DNA from: Dimorphilus gyrociliatus
Taxonomy: Eukaryota > Animalia > Annelida
Length of the DNA: 64,000 nucleotides
NCBI GenBank assembly: GCA_904063045.1
Contig: CAJFCJ010000003.1
Span: 2,838,504-2,902,503, forward strand
Direction: 5' to 3'
In this document: piece after piece, positions 27,300 to 42,400 of the stretch
How the letters are laid out: every line of letters begins with the position of its first letter
How positions within the stretch are numbered: the first letter of the stretch is position 1
Position numbers and translations under genes: made by a program
The notes under the pieces: generated by a model
Told to the model about the DNA's origin: nothing
Database searches by the model: none
The model's input: only the letters and a program-made list of their open reading frames with translations

Positions 27300-28152
27300 T
27301 ATACAGTATAACGATTATATTAGAATAGAATCATATATGCTATACATATATTTAAAATAGATACAATGCATTGATATCAGCTAGTACTTTAATTTCTTTT
27401 TAATCCTATAAGACATCTGTCTACCAATATCAATGCAATCTGATGAAGTATCCTTAAAAATATTTTAATAGCCTTGTTAAGTATTTCTTTCCATATGTGT
27501 GTAAATTACTCAGACTTCAAGGCATATACTTTGAGTAGTAATACAATTTGAGTACATGATCTTTCTTATAAAAACTTTATTTTATTTTAATAAACCTTTA
27601 GAGTAATGATAGATTTGTTATAGGCCCATTCAAAATATGTGGGATTAAACGAGTGTAAGACAAAGAAACGGAGAGAGATGGTGAGTTGGTTTATTAAGAT
27701 ATTTTACTTCCAATAACAGTGGTCATTATGCGCAACTGATATATCTATAACCAGAGCTACGGATAAAACTGATATTACAATAACAAACTAGTTGCATTTT
27801 TAGGTAATTAATTAGATAAATTGCATGGCCAACATCTATAAATAAGATATACGTCGACCGAAAACACAGCTAACATTTAGATAAGTCACATTTCTTTAAC
27901 TAGCATCGAACCGAAGAGGCTAAAAGCAAATTAGAGAATAACTGATACAAATATAAAATTCAGAAATTCTGTGAATGATGCTTATAGGTAATAATTAAGA
28001 ATATAATCATCTTAATATGATAATAAGCTTGTTAGAAAAATAATCGCTGTTGTTAATAACTATACTGAATTGATAGTTGATGGAGTGTATGAAACATTTT
28101 CGTTATTTCTGAATCGAATGTAGTATAGAAAACTATCAGTTTTTCATTAAAT

Positions 28153-31100
28153 ATGGATAATACATTTGCTATTCTTATACTATTAATTAATATTTATAGT
28201 ACCATTCCTGTAGACTGGAATAATGATAGATTACATTATTTTACATGCCTTGATAATTCTACATATTCAATAAAAAATAACGTAAGTTAACTTATATACA
28301 GTATTTGTTGTTTGAATTGAATGATTAATTTTTAACTTAATTATTTCATTCTTATTTAGAGTTCTAGTTTTGAATGCAAATGTCTTACTGCATCGCAAAA
28401 TGATTGTCAAGATTCTTTATTTAGATACAGTTGCGAAAAGCCATGGACTATGCCATCCTGGAAGAAAAAAGATTCTTATTGTTATAGAATAATTCCTTTT
28501 ATTGAATATTATTCTGGAGTACAAATGTGCTTAGATAGCGGAGGATGGCCATTGTTGAGCAGTTTAAATACTATTTCAATCTTTTTCAGACAATCTTTCA
28601 ATGTACCAAAAGATTTTTGGATTGTTCCTAAAGATTCTTATCAAATATCATCACGGATTGCTACTAATTTTAACCAAAACATCAGTCAATTGAGATTTTC
28701 TGTCGTACGTAGAAATGAAAGTCACGAGTGTAGCTTTATCAATCTCAAACAGTCTAGAAACCAACCGTTTTCGAATAAGGACGAGAGTAGGGCCCCTTGT
28801 TTTAAGAAAAAAAATTTAATCTGTAAAACTTATGGACTTGACAGCCATGTTTATTCAAATATTAACTTTTGCCCAGAAAAATGGATTTATTCACCGTACT
28901 TTAATGAATGTCTAAAATACTTTTCGCAGCCAAAAATACTTAAATCAGCTGAAAAGACCTGCAAAATAGCAAAAGCCCAGCTAGCTAAGTATCAGTCTCG
29001 GTCGCATTATGAAACTTTAAGATCAGCATTTCTTTTGAATGGGAATTTAAGAAGTTGCGATAGTTTAGGTAATTGCGATGATAAACGGTCTTATAAAGGA
29101 ATAAAGTGTGCTTGTAATAATTCAATGAACGATTCTGATTGCTCAAATTTTCTTCATAAAGGAGATTGTTTATTAAAAGAATGCCTTAGCACTTGGTATA
29201 GATGTTCTTCATCCCTCTGCGAAGGATCAAAAATATGTATAGATAATCAAATAGACCAAAGATCATCTATTATTTGCATTGACCAAGTTTTAACCTCAAA
29301 TTCTAAACCAATCGATCAGCCATGTTTAAGAAAACCCTGTAAACAAAATGAACTATGTTATTCTTTAAGCAAAGATAACTATAAGTGTATTACTATAAGC
29401 CATCAACAAACGGAGAGACTAGAATGTCATGTTTGTAGATCTACAATTGGTTTAGACGATTGCCTCTTATATGCTTCTACAAGTCAAAATTGCGTAAGTT
29501 TATAATTAATTGAAAGAAAAATAATTTAATTATCTCAATAATTAATAAAAAATTTTTTACATAGGCTTCTTGTAGAACAATAGTTAAAATGGAAAATTAT
29601 CAATTTAAATCGATTATGTTAAAGTGTAGTAATGAAAGATGTAAAAAATTTGTCGTATGTAAAAATCGTAGATGTACAAGAAAAGAATTTTGTTGCCGTA
29701 CAAAACATTGTATTAAACCAGATTATTGCAGTAAATATAGTTATGATCCACCTGGCTGCAAAAGAAAATGTAAATGTGCATGTGATTCGTACAGTGGCGC
29801 CTGTTTAAATTCTTGCCCAAAAGCATTTATAAGTACTATTTCAAAACCTGATACTATTGTTCCAAAACAATTAATGTATAGCGAAGTGAAAGGTAAAATT
29901 GAATACTTTTGTTAAAAAGCTGTTTATTATATTTGTACTTTTCAATTTTTACTAGATAGTAATGGTAGATGGTCATATCTTCAAAATATGAGCCTACCTT
30001 ATTTTTGCTCAAAATTACCATCATACGGTAGGAAAACTTATACATTTTATTGAAAAGAAAAATATCGTTATTAAACGGCAATCTTTCGTAGAAAGATCTA
30101 ACGTTTACGTTAAACGAATTGGAATAATGGGGCCTAATAATTTTGGCTATGAATGCCGATATCCAAAGGAGTATGGAGCATTTGTAAAAGAAATTATTTG
30201 GACAAGAAATAATAAAGTATTGAACTTAGAAAGAAATGTCGTTAGGCCATTAGTGGAAGATATATTGAAAGAAATATCTAACAAGAAGGTAATAAGTCTT
30301 GTATTAATAATTGATACAATCGATGCTATCTTTGCCTTGTAGAAATCTATATTTCTATTGGAAGGGAAATATCAATGTTTCATTGTTTTACCAAATGCAA
30401 AACTATCTTCAAAACCAGTGAAAGTAAGATTAAGGGTTGATAAGATGCATTTAATAATTGATATGGAAATAGTTAATAGCAGTATAGAGAAAAAATTGAC
30501 TGAAATTATTCAAAATACGGTTACTACTTTTGGGAAATATGAACCGTCCTTTGTAGAACTATTAAAAATATCCAAATTGAACTCGAAAAGTAATAGATAT
30601 TCTTACATGATTAATATCTCTCGTAGAAGGAAAAAGTTCAGCAGATACCCTCAGCAGAATGAGCAACTGTATCCTTCTGGAGAATATGAGTCATCTTTAA
30701 AACTTAAACTAAGACGCAGTCTTGAGGATAGAGAATATCCAGTATTAAGTTTGAGGTTATACTGGGAAAAATGTCAAAAAAAAGTAGTTTCTTCAAAAAA
30801 TTATGGAGCTATAACTTTTATAGGAGTAAAATATGGTAGAGTATCACGTTCAAAAGAGAGATGCTTTAATGGTAAACATATTGGAAAGGTAAAATGTTTA
30901 TTAATAAATAATACTGTAACCAAATGGGATGATAATATTATTTGGAGACCAGTAGAAGATTGTAACCCAAAAACAGATTCCTTAAACAGTAATATTGACT
31001 TAAAGAATATGTCAATAGACTTGTCAGAAAATGTAAACATAGTATTTGAGGAATTGAAAAACATAACAAAATCAAGGACTCTAAAATCGATAGATATTTA

Positions 31101-32798
31101 TTATATAAATAATATAATAAGTAATGCACAGAAAGAGGAAACATTACAAGACGAAAGCACATTTGAAAATTTATTACAAACGACAAAAAATCTATTACAC
31201 ATTGATGAAAATACAATAACTAAGACGAAAAATACGTCATTTAGTTTACCAATAATTATTAATAATGTTGAAGAAATAGCTAAAACGATCAAGTTAGATA
31301 AGGATAGCAAAAGATTCTTTACAAATGAAATATCAATTGATATAAAACAAAGTAAAAACTTTAACTTCAATTGCTTCGTCGTAAAAGATTTGGATGAAAA
31401 TGGAACATTAAATAATAATTCAATTGAGTTTAATTGGCTTGATAATGAAAGTCAGTTAAGTAATTCTGTTGCTGCTATACATTTTGAAAGCAGTCTCATC
31501 AGTGATGATGAAGATGAACGTCTTATTACTAAAATAATTTCTAAGGAAAATGTCTTTCAGATGAATTCCAGTATTAAACCTATTACTAAAATTATTAGTG
31601 CCTCCTTTACATCAGAGCGAATGATAGACATTTATCCTCCTATTACACTTGTATTTTTACCCGATAATAACCTTACAATTAAAAACTTATCAAAGATTAA
31701 ATGTGTGTATTGGGAAGATAATCTACATGATTGGTCAATGGATGGATGTTATTTTGATAGAATGGAAAATAACAGAATATTTTGCAAATGTAATCATTTT
31801 ACCAATTTTGCTGTATTACTAGATATTGAAAGGGATGATAATGAAGATTTTGAAGCCTTTTCAATTGTTACAACAGTTGGTCTATGGATTTCTATTGTTG
31901 GTTTATCCTTAATTATTATATGTTTTCTCATATTTACGTAATTATTATTATTATATTTACTATTTAAATTTACATATTTACTAATGAACTCTTTTATTTA
32001 ATACTTGAAGAAAAGATTGGAAAAGGGTTGAACAAGGCCAAATAGCTTTAACTAATTTAGCTCTCGCCTTAATTATTGTGGATACAACCTTCTTACTCGG
32101 TATAGACAAGACAGAAAATATTACAAAATGCTATATAGTATCGGCAATACTGTACTATTCTCTTTTAGTTGCATTTGGATGGATGCTAGTTGAAGGAGTA
32201 TTATCTTATATTAACTTTATTCAAGTGTTTGATACTCATATCTCACATTTCGTTAAAATAACAGTAATCTGCTGTTGGTGTAAGTAATTTATGTCCACAA
32301 TTAACAAAATAGCAACTAACTTTAATATTAATACTGCCACAGCTTTACCCGTAGTTCCGGTTATCGTTGTATCGATCGTAAATAAGGATCTATTAATCGG
32401 ATACGAAAAAATGTATTACATAATTTTTCTATTTATGGTCATTCGCTTACTAATTTAAACATTGTTTTAGATGTTGGCTGGATAGCGGAGTATTCTACTT
32501 TGGATTTCTGATACCGATTAGTTTAATATTATTAGTCAATTTAATAATATTCATAATATCATTTCTTAATATATATAAAAGTGATCATGGAAGACTCATA
32601 AAGCAACAATCAAGGGAAAGGGCATTAAAAAGGCTTCGTCTATTTCTTGCTATTACATTTGTTACTGGTTTAACTTGGATATTTGGAATGTTTGCCGTTA
32701 AAGATGCCAAATATACCTTCCAATTAGTATTTTGCCTACTCAATAGCTTTCAAGGTGGTATTCTCTTCCTTTTTTTTATATCAAGAAGAACAAGATGA
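28153..32798 (+). CDS. Adhesion GPCR paralog 3 (degenerate ectodomain, essentially no cytoplasmic tail)
   Basis: ATG 28153, MDNTFAILILLINIYST; exon 2 from 28360; LU-like domain; mini-exon 29956-30027; GPS CKCNHFTNFAVLL at about 31790; WMLVEG. The last exon, 32471-32798 (not in the ORF track), reads CWLDSGVFYFGFLIPI...FCLLNSFQGGILFLFFISRRTR*. Confidence 0.85.
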
Positions 32799-33749
32799 TA
32801 AAAAATGAATATGTTAAAGATTATAGAAACTATAGTAAACATTTAAGCTATATTTGCTACATAAGCTCTCTAATATGCTACAGACGTTTATATTAATCAT
32901 AAGTATATCGTAAATTATGTATTACAATCGCCAAATGTTCTTTCGAAAGTAAGCTCTTTCTGTTGAATACACAATTTATTGAGGTTATTGAAAACTTTCC
33001 ATGACAAAATTACTAATAAGTCGAAAAGACATGCGGTAAAACGATGATTCAGCATACAATATAGTATCCTTCTTGCTAATTCTTAATATTATAAAGCTTT
33101 AGTGCATATTCTTAACATACGTAATAATAGAGGATTGTTAATAAAGAAGAGCAGGATCTTGAAAAAGAGGAAAAGATTTATCACAGAAATTACGCAATAA
33201 TAATGAAATTAAGATATTGTAGTAATAATAAAATATATAAAATATATAAAATAAAAACTAATTGCAATTTTATAGAATTAAACAAAAAAGGAAAATTATT
33301 GTCTGAATCCAGGCCATGCGAATCGTAAAACGGTTGGATCGTGATATGAATAATTAGTAAGAATAGAATCCATATAGAGAAAATATAATAAATATAATTT
33401 CTTTATTTTGAATATTTTATAAAATTTTGGTGGATTCCTTTACTTTATTCAGACGCTACATTATTAATAATATTTATTTTATATATCTCTTATTTTTCTT
33501 TCATATGCTATTAATGGACTTTGTTAATTTAAAAATGTCAAACTATCTGTCTACCTAATAACAATTTTTTAACCAAATTTTGTACAATATTAGTTGGTTG
33601 GGTTCATTCATGAGTCACACCTGTGTGTATTGAAAATACCTAATATTCGCGCTAGGTGTAGACAACTTTAGTCAGCAGTCAATACAAGGTTTCACTCTCG
33701 TAAGAGTAATTTTTAAATTATTCTAACTACTGAAGGATACCATTGGAAA

Positions 33750-36700
33750 ATGTCTAATTTAATGATATTATTCTTACTACTGACTCTAAATTATTGTTTT
33801 ACTCTTGACTGTTTACAAAACAAATGTAAAAATGGAGGATTATGTGTTCAAATAGAGGTGAGTGAATATTTGTTCACTTAGATAGTATTATTACTTTACC
33901 CTATTGGAAAACAATGATATAAACATATTCTTCTCTTTTTATCCACTGAACGTTTATTATCATAATTCTACTTCAACTTTTATTTAGTATACATATACCT
34001 CAAACAAACTCTCTATAAAATTTTTGCCTATTAAGGACATTATATTTATTGACCTGTACTATTTTCATTAAAATTTATGCTGTGTATGTAATTTAATCTC
34101 TTCTCTATGAATATATTCAAACAAATAAAAAGAGGAAAGAGAGAGAATATCATTATCTTTAGTAATACGATTATGAAATTTCTTAAAAACTCTCTATCCT
34201 ACATTTACAGTATTTCTTTATATTATGTCAATACTAGACTTTTTTCTGACTTTTTCCCATTAGGCATATTGAAAATGCATATTATATAATATTATAAAGC
34301 AGGTTAAGAAAACTGACATTATTTCTAGATAAGAGAAAGCTATTTTTTGTCAATGTATTTCAGGGAAAAACTATATGCCAGTGTCCACCTCCATTCTATG
34401 GGGCTATATGTCAATATAGGAGTTCTCGAGGCATTTTTTGCGATGAAGGATGGAAACTCAGTACTACACAAACGTGTTTAAAATATTTTGAAAAGCGATT
34501 AAGTTTTAAAGACGCTTCGTCGAGTTGTATTGACTCGGGTGGATGGCTTATGGGATTGGCGTCGAGTTTCAAAGAACCTAATACATATTTGAATACACAT
34601 ACAAAATTACTGACAGCTTTTACTGATGTTTCAATATTTTTATCGGATACTAGAATTTGGTTGGGTATGGAAAATCATGACGAAATTATATACTCAAAGT
34701 ATGAATATCCTAAATTCTATGGAAAGTCTGGTGAAGACGATTTTAATGGATATTATATTAAGTCTTTTGATTCCATAAAAACATGTAGCTATTTGGAAGT
34801 AAACAAATTTGGACAAAGGCCTTCTTTAAATAGCATATATGACGTTGGAAGTTGCAGCCATTTAAAGAGTTACATATGTGAAAAATCACTTTCAGAATTT
34901 ACCATCCTTGAAAAAACAAAATTCTGTCCTGAAGGATGGTACTATTCACAAGATTTTAACGCATGTTTAAAGTATATACCAACACCTCTCCCATTTCAGA
35001 ATGCATCTAATGCTTGTAAACTTGAAGATAGTCATATTTCTTGGCCAAAATCACTTAAATTTAATATTATGCTGACTGAAATCAGTGTTCTAACAGAAAC
35101 GGAACTAGGATGTGGACTATACAGCCCTTGTAAGAATGGAGGGAGTTGTTTTTTAACAAAAGATGGATTTAGTAATTGCCTCTGTCCTATCGATTATACT
35201 GGAAAATTTTGTGAGAATTCTCTTGTGAAAAACGTTTGCGCTTCAAATCCATGTGGTGATGGTGGAATTTGTATTCCATTGCCAACAGGATTTAGCCTGC
35301 CGTATGTGTGTATTTGTCGAAGCGGAATAGCCATGTCTGAATGTTCAAATGATATTTGCTCTTTGATTAGTCCATGTGGTCAATATGGATCATGTGTAAC
35401 GGATCCATCAAAAACTTTGGGCTTCAAATGCTATTGCACTAGCAATTATGAAGGTGAATACTGTGAAATCTCGAAAGTAATCAAGGATTGTCCTAACTAT
35501 TCATGTGGATCATATAAACAGTGCAAACTAATTCCGTCACAAGGCCTTGACATCACGTGTGTTTGTCCTGCTGGACGTTATGGAGATAAATGTGAATTAG
35601 CTATTCCTACAGATCATCCATGTAAAACTAATCCATGCAAGAATAATGGACTTTGCGTTCCAATAACTCCTTACAAAAAAGATTACTATTGCGCGTGCCA
35701 AAGTAAATTTTTGGGAGACAAATGCGAACAAAGAGAGGTGCAGATTCCAGGTTCTTCACTAGTTTGTAATGAGGAAACAACAACACAATGCCCTGTTTGC
35801 AGTGTTAGTGGAAATCTACAGGAATGTATGAACAAAGTTGATTTGGCAAGTGGATGTGTAAGTAACACGTTTTAAAATGGTATGCACTTAGTTCAAATAA
35901 ATTTTCTTTTTTAATTATTAGAAATCATGTTCAATAATCCACATGAAAGATGACAAGACTGGTATGGAAAGAACAAGCATTAGATGCAATCAGAAAAGCT
36001 GTAAACAGCAATATACCTGTTTAACTTCACAACCCAAATGTGATACTCAAGAAATATGTTGGGGACCAATAGAGTGCCAACCACCGAATGTCTGTACAAC
36101 TGAAAATCAGCATGGAAAGGGCTGTAATTATGTGTGCAGATGTGAAGGTCCTTGCGAAGATTCAACAGGTACATGTCTTACTGGAAAATGTAAAGTTGAT
36201 TGGTATGGCACCAAATGCGATATCAAATACACACCTATCGAAATTTTAATTGGAGTTAGATTGCTTCAAAATGAAATGGTATTTACAAATGGTGCAAAAA
36301 TCGATAAAAGCATCTTAAATGATATGATAATAGACAAAAAAAATGGTAATTGTTTTAAAACTACAATTAATGGTGATTGGAAAAGCATACAATGTAATGA
36401 AAAGCATACTTTTGTTTGTCAAAAAAAGCCAAACTATGGTAAGTTTTGTACGATATAAACTATTTAAAGTTTATATATTAGCATTTATTAATAATTTATA
36501 GATAACTTTGAACAACTTGAAATTAAAAGAACAAGCATTTCAACAATTAAAGATTTAGGAATTGAATGTGTTATACCCAAAGATATTTCCAAATTATCTA
36601 AATCTGTTTATTGGAGGAAGGATAATGGATATTTTTCATTTACGAATCCTAAAAATAGAATTAATACTACTATACTATTAGATAATCTAAAAGTACTGAA

Positions 36701-39469
36701 TGGGGTAAATAGCTTTGAATTTTTTTAAATATATTCATTCTAAGAAAATAAATCGTTCTTTTACAGGATCCATTAATTTCATATTCATCTTTAGAAGGAT
36801 CTTACAGCTGTGTAATAAATTTACCAATGAAACAGTTGACGTCAAAACCAATACAAATTACTCTAAACGAGATCAGAGTTGGCTCAATAGTAAAGTTCCA
36901 TACTTCACCATCAATCTCATATGCTTCAGATCTAGGTGTTACCTTTACTCTTGAACTTAGAAATTTAATAAGTACTTTCCTATTAAGTTTTATTAAGGAT
37001 TCTGTAACAATTGAGGTTGATCTGAAAGAAGTTAGATCTGGGAGTGTAATAGTTGAAAATACTATATATATTCAACAGAATATGGCTTTGTATAAATATA
37101 ATTTAGATTATATTTTGGATACTTTAGAAGATTTCTTAAAAGCGAAAGTAGAAGATAAGGAATTTTTTACATTATTTCAGAATTATCAATATGTTAAGGC
37201 TATTGAATTTATGTCTCTATTTACAAAAAATGTATGCAGAAAGAGTAGAATTAAACATAACAAGTATGGCTATGAAGTTGAATTTAAAACAGCAAAAGTT
37301 GGCGAGAAGTCTTATACTTTGAGGAAATGCTTAAATGGAAAACCCTTAGCTGTTTCTGATTGTGAATTGTCGAATTATGGTTATCCAAAAAGGGTAAATT
37401 TTGTATGGACTCCTGAAGACGAATGTTATCCTTCAAAGACTTACAGAGAATCAACTGAAATGTTGAAAAACATCTCACGGAAGCTAATTACTGAGGATAA
37501 TGTTGAAAATATCACACAAGAGACGGAAATAATAGCTAGAAATAATGAATTGAAATCATTAGATATATCTTATATTTCAATGATAATTGAAAATATCAAA
37601 GCATCAAGGATAAAACCTCCAATGAAGGCAACATCAAATATAATAAAAATCTCCAATGAAATCCTTAAAGTTTCTGAAAATGAGATAATGGATTCTAATG
37701 ATATAACGCAGTCGAGTACAGTTCTTGTTCAATCTTTAGAAACAATTGCAGACAGAACAGTAATGCCTGATAAGCGTAAAGGCGTACGAATGTTTACTCC
37801 AAGAATTTCAATAGATATTTGGGAAGGTAGTAACGCACCTTTCAATAGTTACGTTGTTAAAAGAATGAAAGGTGATGGTCTACTAAGTAATGATTCAATT
37901 GTTGCCGAATGGAATAATCACTCTATCTCGTTGAGTGATTCTGTTGCAAGTATTTTCTTTGAAGAAAGTCTTAAACTTGAAGGGAAATTTCGAGTTGTTA
38001 CAACTGTTTATTCAAATAAGAAGTTCTTCTTAAAAAAGAATATGTCCGTAGAGCCAGCTGGAAAGATTATCAGTGCTTCAATTTCAAATTTTAGAGTACA
38101 CGATATTGATCCTCCAATATGCTCCGTTTTTCTACCAGATGACATCGATTTATCAACAGTAACTATGAACAGTCACCCTAGATGTGTCTACTGGAATTTC
38201 GAGAGAGACGAATGGTTATCAGATGGATGTAGCTATAATAGAACATATAATGGAAGAGTCTTTTGCCAATGTGATCATTTCACCAATTTTGCGGTACTAC
38301 TAGATGTAGAAAGAACTGGCGATCCCGGACACGAAGCTCTCTCATATATCTCAATCATTGGTTTATCGCTTTCTACAGCTGGATTGGCTTTTATTATCGT
38401 CTCTTTCTTTGTTATTAGGTACGTTATATTGAAAAAGCTGTATACACTTATAATAGATATATTCCTTTTTCATAGATACTTAAGAACACGGACAAAAAGA
38501 AGAAATTCTCAAATTGCCTTATTTAATTTGGCGTTAGCACTTATAGCTGTTAACATAGTGTTTTTAGTTGGAATAAGAAAAACTGAAAACCGTAATGGCT
38601 GTATTGCAGTTTCAGCTCTTTTATACTACTTCTTATTATCATCCTTCTTTTGGATGTTAGCTGAAGGAGTTATAACTTATATTAACTTTGTTAAAGTATT
38701 TGATAATTACATTTCTAATTTTATGCTTAAATCATTAGTATGCTGTTGGGGTAAGATAAAAATTAAATATGATCGTTTATAAGTAATGATTGAAAAATAT
38801 CTTTGTTTTATCAATAGGTATACCAGCCGTACCAATTATCGTCTTATCAATTGTTGATAGAAATCTGTTTCTTGGTTTTGATGATTTGTAAGGACCTTAT
38901 ATTTTTGATTATTTTACTTATACTTTTTGTTTTCATTCTCTCTTTTTTTTAATAGCTGTTGGCTTGACACAACACCTTTCTTCTATGGATTTCTCCTACC
39001 CATTGCCATAATTATAATGATTAACCTTATCATTCTAATTATGACTTTTTCATCGTTCTGTAAAAGACCTGGAAATCTAAGGAGTACTCAAACTAAAGCA
39101 CAGCGTCATTTCCTACATTTAAGAGCTTTTATCTTCTTCGTATTTGTTATGGGAACAACTTGGATATTTGGCTTTCTTGCGATCAGAGACGCTAAATTTG
39201 CTTTTCAATTAATATTTTGCATATTAAATGCTTTTCAAGGATTTTTCCTATTTTTGCTATTTATAACAAGGGAAAAAAGAGTAAGAGATGGCTGGAAAAA
39301 GTTATGTGGTTGTATAAATAGTAAAGAAACAACAACAACAACGAATTCCAGCAATGAGAAGAAAACGAAAAAAATCTCAGTGGAAACTTCACCGACTGCT
39401 GATAAAAATTTCTTTGATTTATCGAAAAGTTCAGAGGAAAACACAACTTCGAACTCGAATGATGCTTGA
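33750..39469 (+). CDS. Adhesion GPCR paralog 4 (longest CTL insert, about 5 EGF plus LU-like)
   Basis: ATG 33750, MSNLMILFLLLTLNYCFT..CKNGGLCVQIE then gtgagt donor; exon 2 from 34364 (GKTICQCPPP); SEA with GSVIV; GPS CQCDHFTNFAVLL at about 38270; WMLAEG; stop 39467-39469. Confidence 0.9.
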
Positions 39470-42400
39470 ATATTTTAATTGATTAAAATAATGGTATTTT
39501 TAAAAACTCAGTGTGGGAAAGTCATTGATACATATGTACTCATATATACCTGTATATACTGTATATAATGCCTATACAGTACGTACAGATTTATATTTAT
39601 GCAAAACAGTTTATTTGCTAGACCAACTGCATGACAACGTTGTCTAGGCGTTAAAACTGAATTCAGGGATTATTTAATGATTGTCGTTTCTGCTTCTTTT
39701 GTATGTGTATATATGTTTGAATAATTGATTCATTACTTAAATTACGAATATTAAATATTGAAGATCGTCTTCTCTTATTCTGATGTCATAATTTATTTTA
39801 TGTTGCGAATGTTTCTAGATTGCTCAAATTTATCGTTTTTGTTTATCTAAAGAAATGAAATATAAGAGATTTGTCTAAAAATTAACCTCAGAATTAAATT
39901 TCTAACTCAGTTAAACTATCTATGAAGTGTAATATCCTAAAACTGTTGTATTTCAGCTTATCATTTAGCAGTCAAACAAGAATTTATATGTTGAAGTATT
40001 CTAACCATTAACCTATATCAAACATCTTTTTAAGAATGAAGCATTTTCAGCTCTGATTTAACTTCTTTTAGTATTTTTTTTTAATTTTTTATATATATCA
40101 TATTCTTTTTCTATTATATTTTTAGAAAAAAGAAGACCAGTGTCTGTGACTCTATAAACACTACAGAAATATATGCCTAGTCTATATTTTTCTTATTTAA
40201 TTGTATAGTTATACATTTTAGCTATATCTTATAATCAGTATAAAATACATATGCTATATACTCTTTTTAATATACAATAAATTACTTTATATATTTATTT
40301 CTTGTATTCTTCTTCTATTGTATGTCAGTTCTTCTTGATTGGTTGACAAAGTTAAATTATAGATTGCGTAGAAAGAGACTCATAAAATTACAGTAGAAAA
40401 GAGATGAAAAAGATAAAACACTGAAACTAAAAGAGGAATTACTCAGATGAAGGATAGAAGAGAGGGTTAAGTAGGTCTTATTATTTAAGTAATATAATTT
40501 GTTAAATAAATGTAAGCATAAAAGCAATTCAACAATCTTAAGGGAATTGGAAAGTTATTTAAAAAAACTAGACTAGACAGAGTTTCAACTGGAAACTTAA
40601 ATTTCATATTTGGAGCTAGAGAGAGGACACTTGTGAATAAAACCTGCAATTTATGTTGAGACTAACAGTGTGGGGAACATTACTTTTTCAGGTTACATTG
40701 TTTGCATCAAGAATATCCTTATAGAAGTTAATGTACGAAAAGCTGATATTTTAATTTTATGGAAAATATTATGTTGGTATATAGATACCTTACCAAAATG
40801 TGCATGTCGTAAAGTAACTATTCAATAGCATAGAGCAATAAAGTATAATAAAAGGTATTTTATAAATCTCGTATAAACTATTCAACATTAGCCTTATACA
40901 AAAATATTTGTGAATTGTATTACTCTCCTTTCTAAAATTGTAGAAAACATAGAAAAACTGTTTATTGAACACTGAACGAAATAATACATTTTTGATTGAC
41001 AAGTACTATAAATGCTTTTCGTTAGGTAAAGATATCTAATTTTTACCGATTCCCACTATTTTCTATAACAATTTAGAATTTTCCTCTTTCGCAACAATTA
41101 TATATTAATATAACAATTATAGCTTAGTAATCAATGTTATTGCACTTATTAAATGTTCATATTTTGAAAAGATCATGAGAAATGGTCTATAAACTTATTT
41201 TTAGCTTATAGAAATTTTGAATCAGAGATAAGAAATATTCTTAGTTTTCATTTTATCGATATGGACATTATATTTCTTAAAGTGGGTAATTTCTTTTACT
41301 TTAATACTGTTTATTTATCTTCAATTCTCTATTAGCACTATTCATTTTATATATACTCAATTCAATAGAAATGATTAATAATGTTTTTCTTTACGAATAA
41401 AGATCAACGATAAGAGACGGCAATAAATAATAGACGCCCGACGAACGCAAAAGTTAATAGATATACAGTATAATCTGAGTCTCTTATAAAACATTTTATA
41501 TAAATTTGTGTCTTTCAAGTTTTGATATATTGGGAAATTTAAAGCAGGCTTTCTTGTGGCCACATGATATTCTTTTGTATAGTAGTACCTGCGTACATGT
41601 TGAAATTGAAACTTTTTAATGTTCTAGAACATTTATGGAAGTAAATTATTAAGATAAGCAAAAAAGCACAGAGAATGGCAGTCATTAATTAGGAGAATAG
41701 TGGAGAGATGGGTTAGGGAAGAAGAGAAGAGTATTGTGATTATACATACAACAAACTATGTTGAGTGAACATTTCAATTAAGTATTAACGTTCTTCGTCT
41801 TTCTATCTCTCATAATATTTATTATATTCTAAACTTTAACAAAGTATCTTAAATAGTATACTTCTTTGAAAGTTCTTCGTGTAAAAACGTTTCAAACGTA
41901 CATGATTGCGACAGTGAAGGACAGTTTATAATACATTTTATTGTTGTTGCGGCCTTTTAGATTCCAGAATTCGTTTGAGATAGCATGACACATCAATTCA
42001 GTTAGATGTCTTATATCCTTAGTCAGCACTGAGTAATTTAACCAATCCGGTTTTATACGGTTTCACGAGAAGAATATCCTTACTGAATGGCTTGAATACT
42101 ACAAATTGCTTCTTGTTGAATTTAAAACGGACCATAAATTTTGACGAAATGTCTATGATTAGAAAAAGGGAAAAACCATACTTCCTTCTGAAAAGTTATC
42201 AGGACAAAATTTCTCATTCTCAATTTATATTTGGACAGTTTTCTGTTGATGTAAGCTGTAATAGTACAATAAATTATATATTTCAGGTTTTCAAATAAAA
42301 TTATACATATTTCGATGTGGAGCTTCAAAATCAACAGTAAATCTACAATATAAATAACAAAAAAGACAAACTTGCGCAATGCAAAATTAGCAAGACAGAT

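Noticed and set aside
38419-38475. Stop-free 57-nt intron (and a 54-nt one at 53494-53547) that the ORF track reads through
   Set aside because: Good splice sites and matching paralog introns; with dozens of short introns a few stop-free 3n cases are expected. No evidence of retention.
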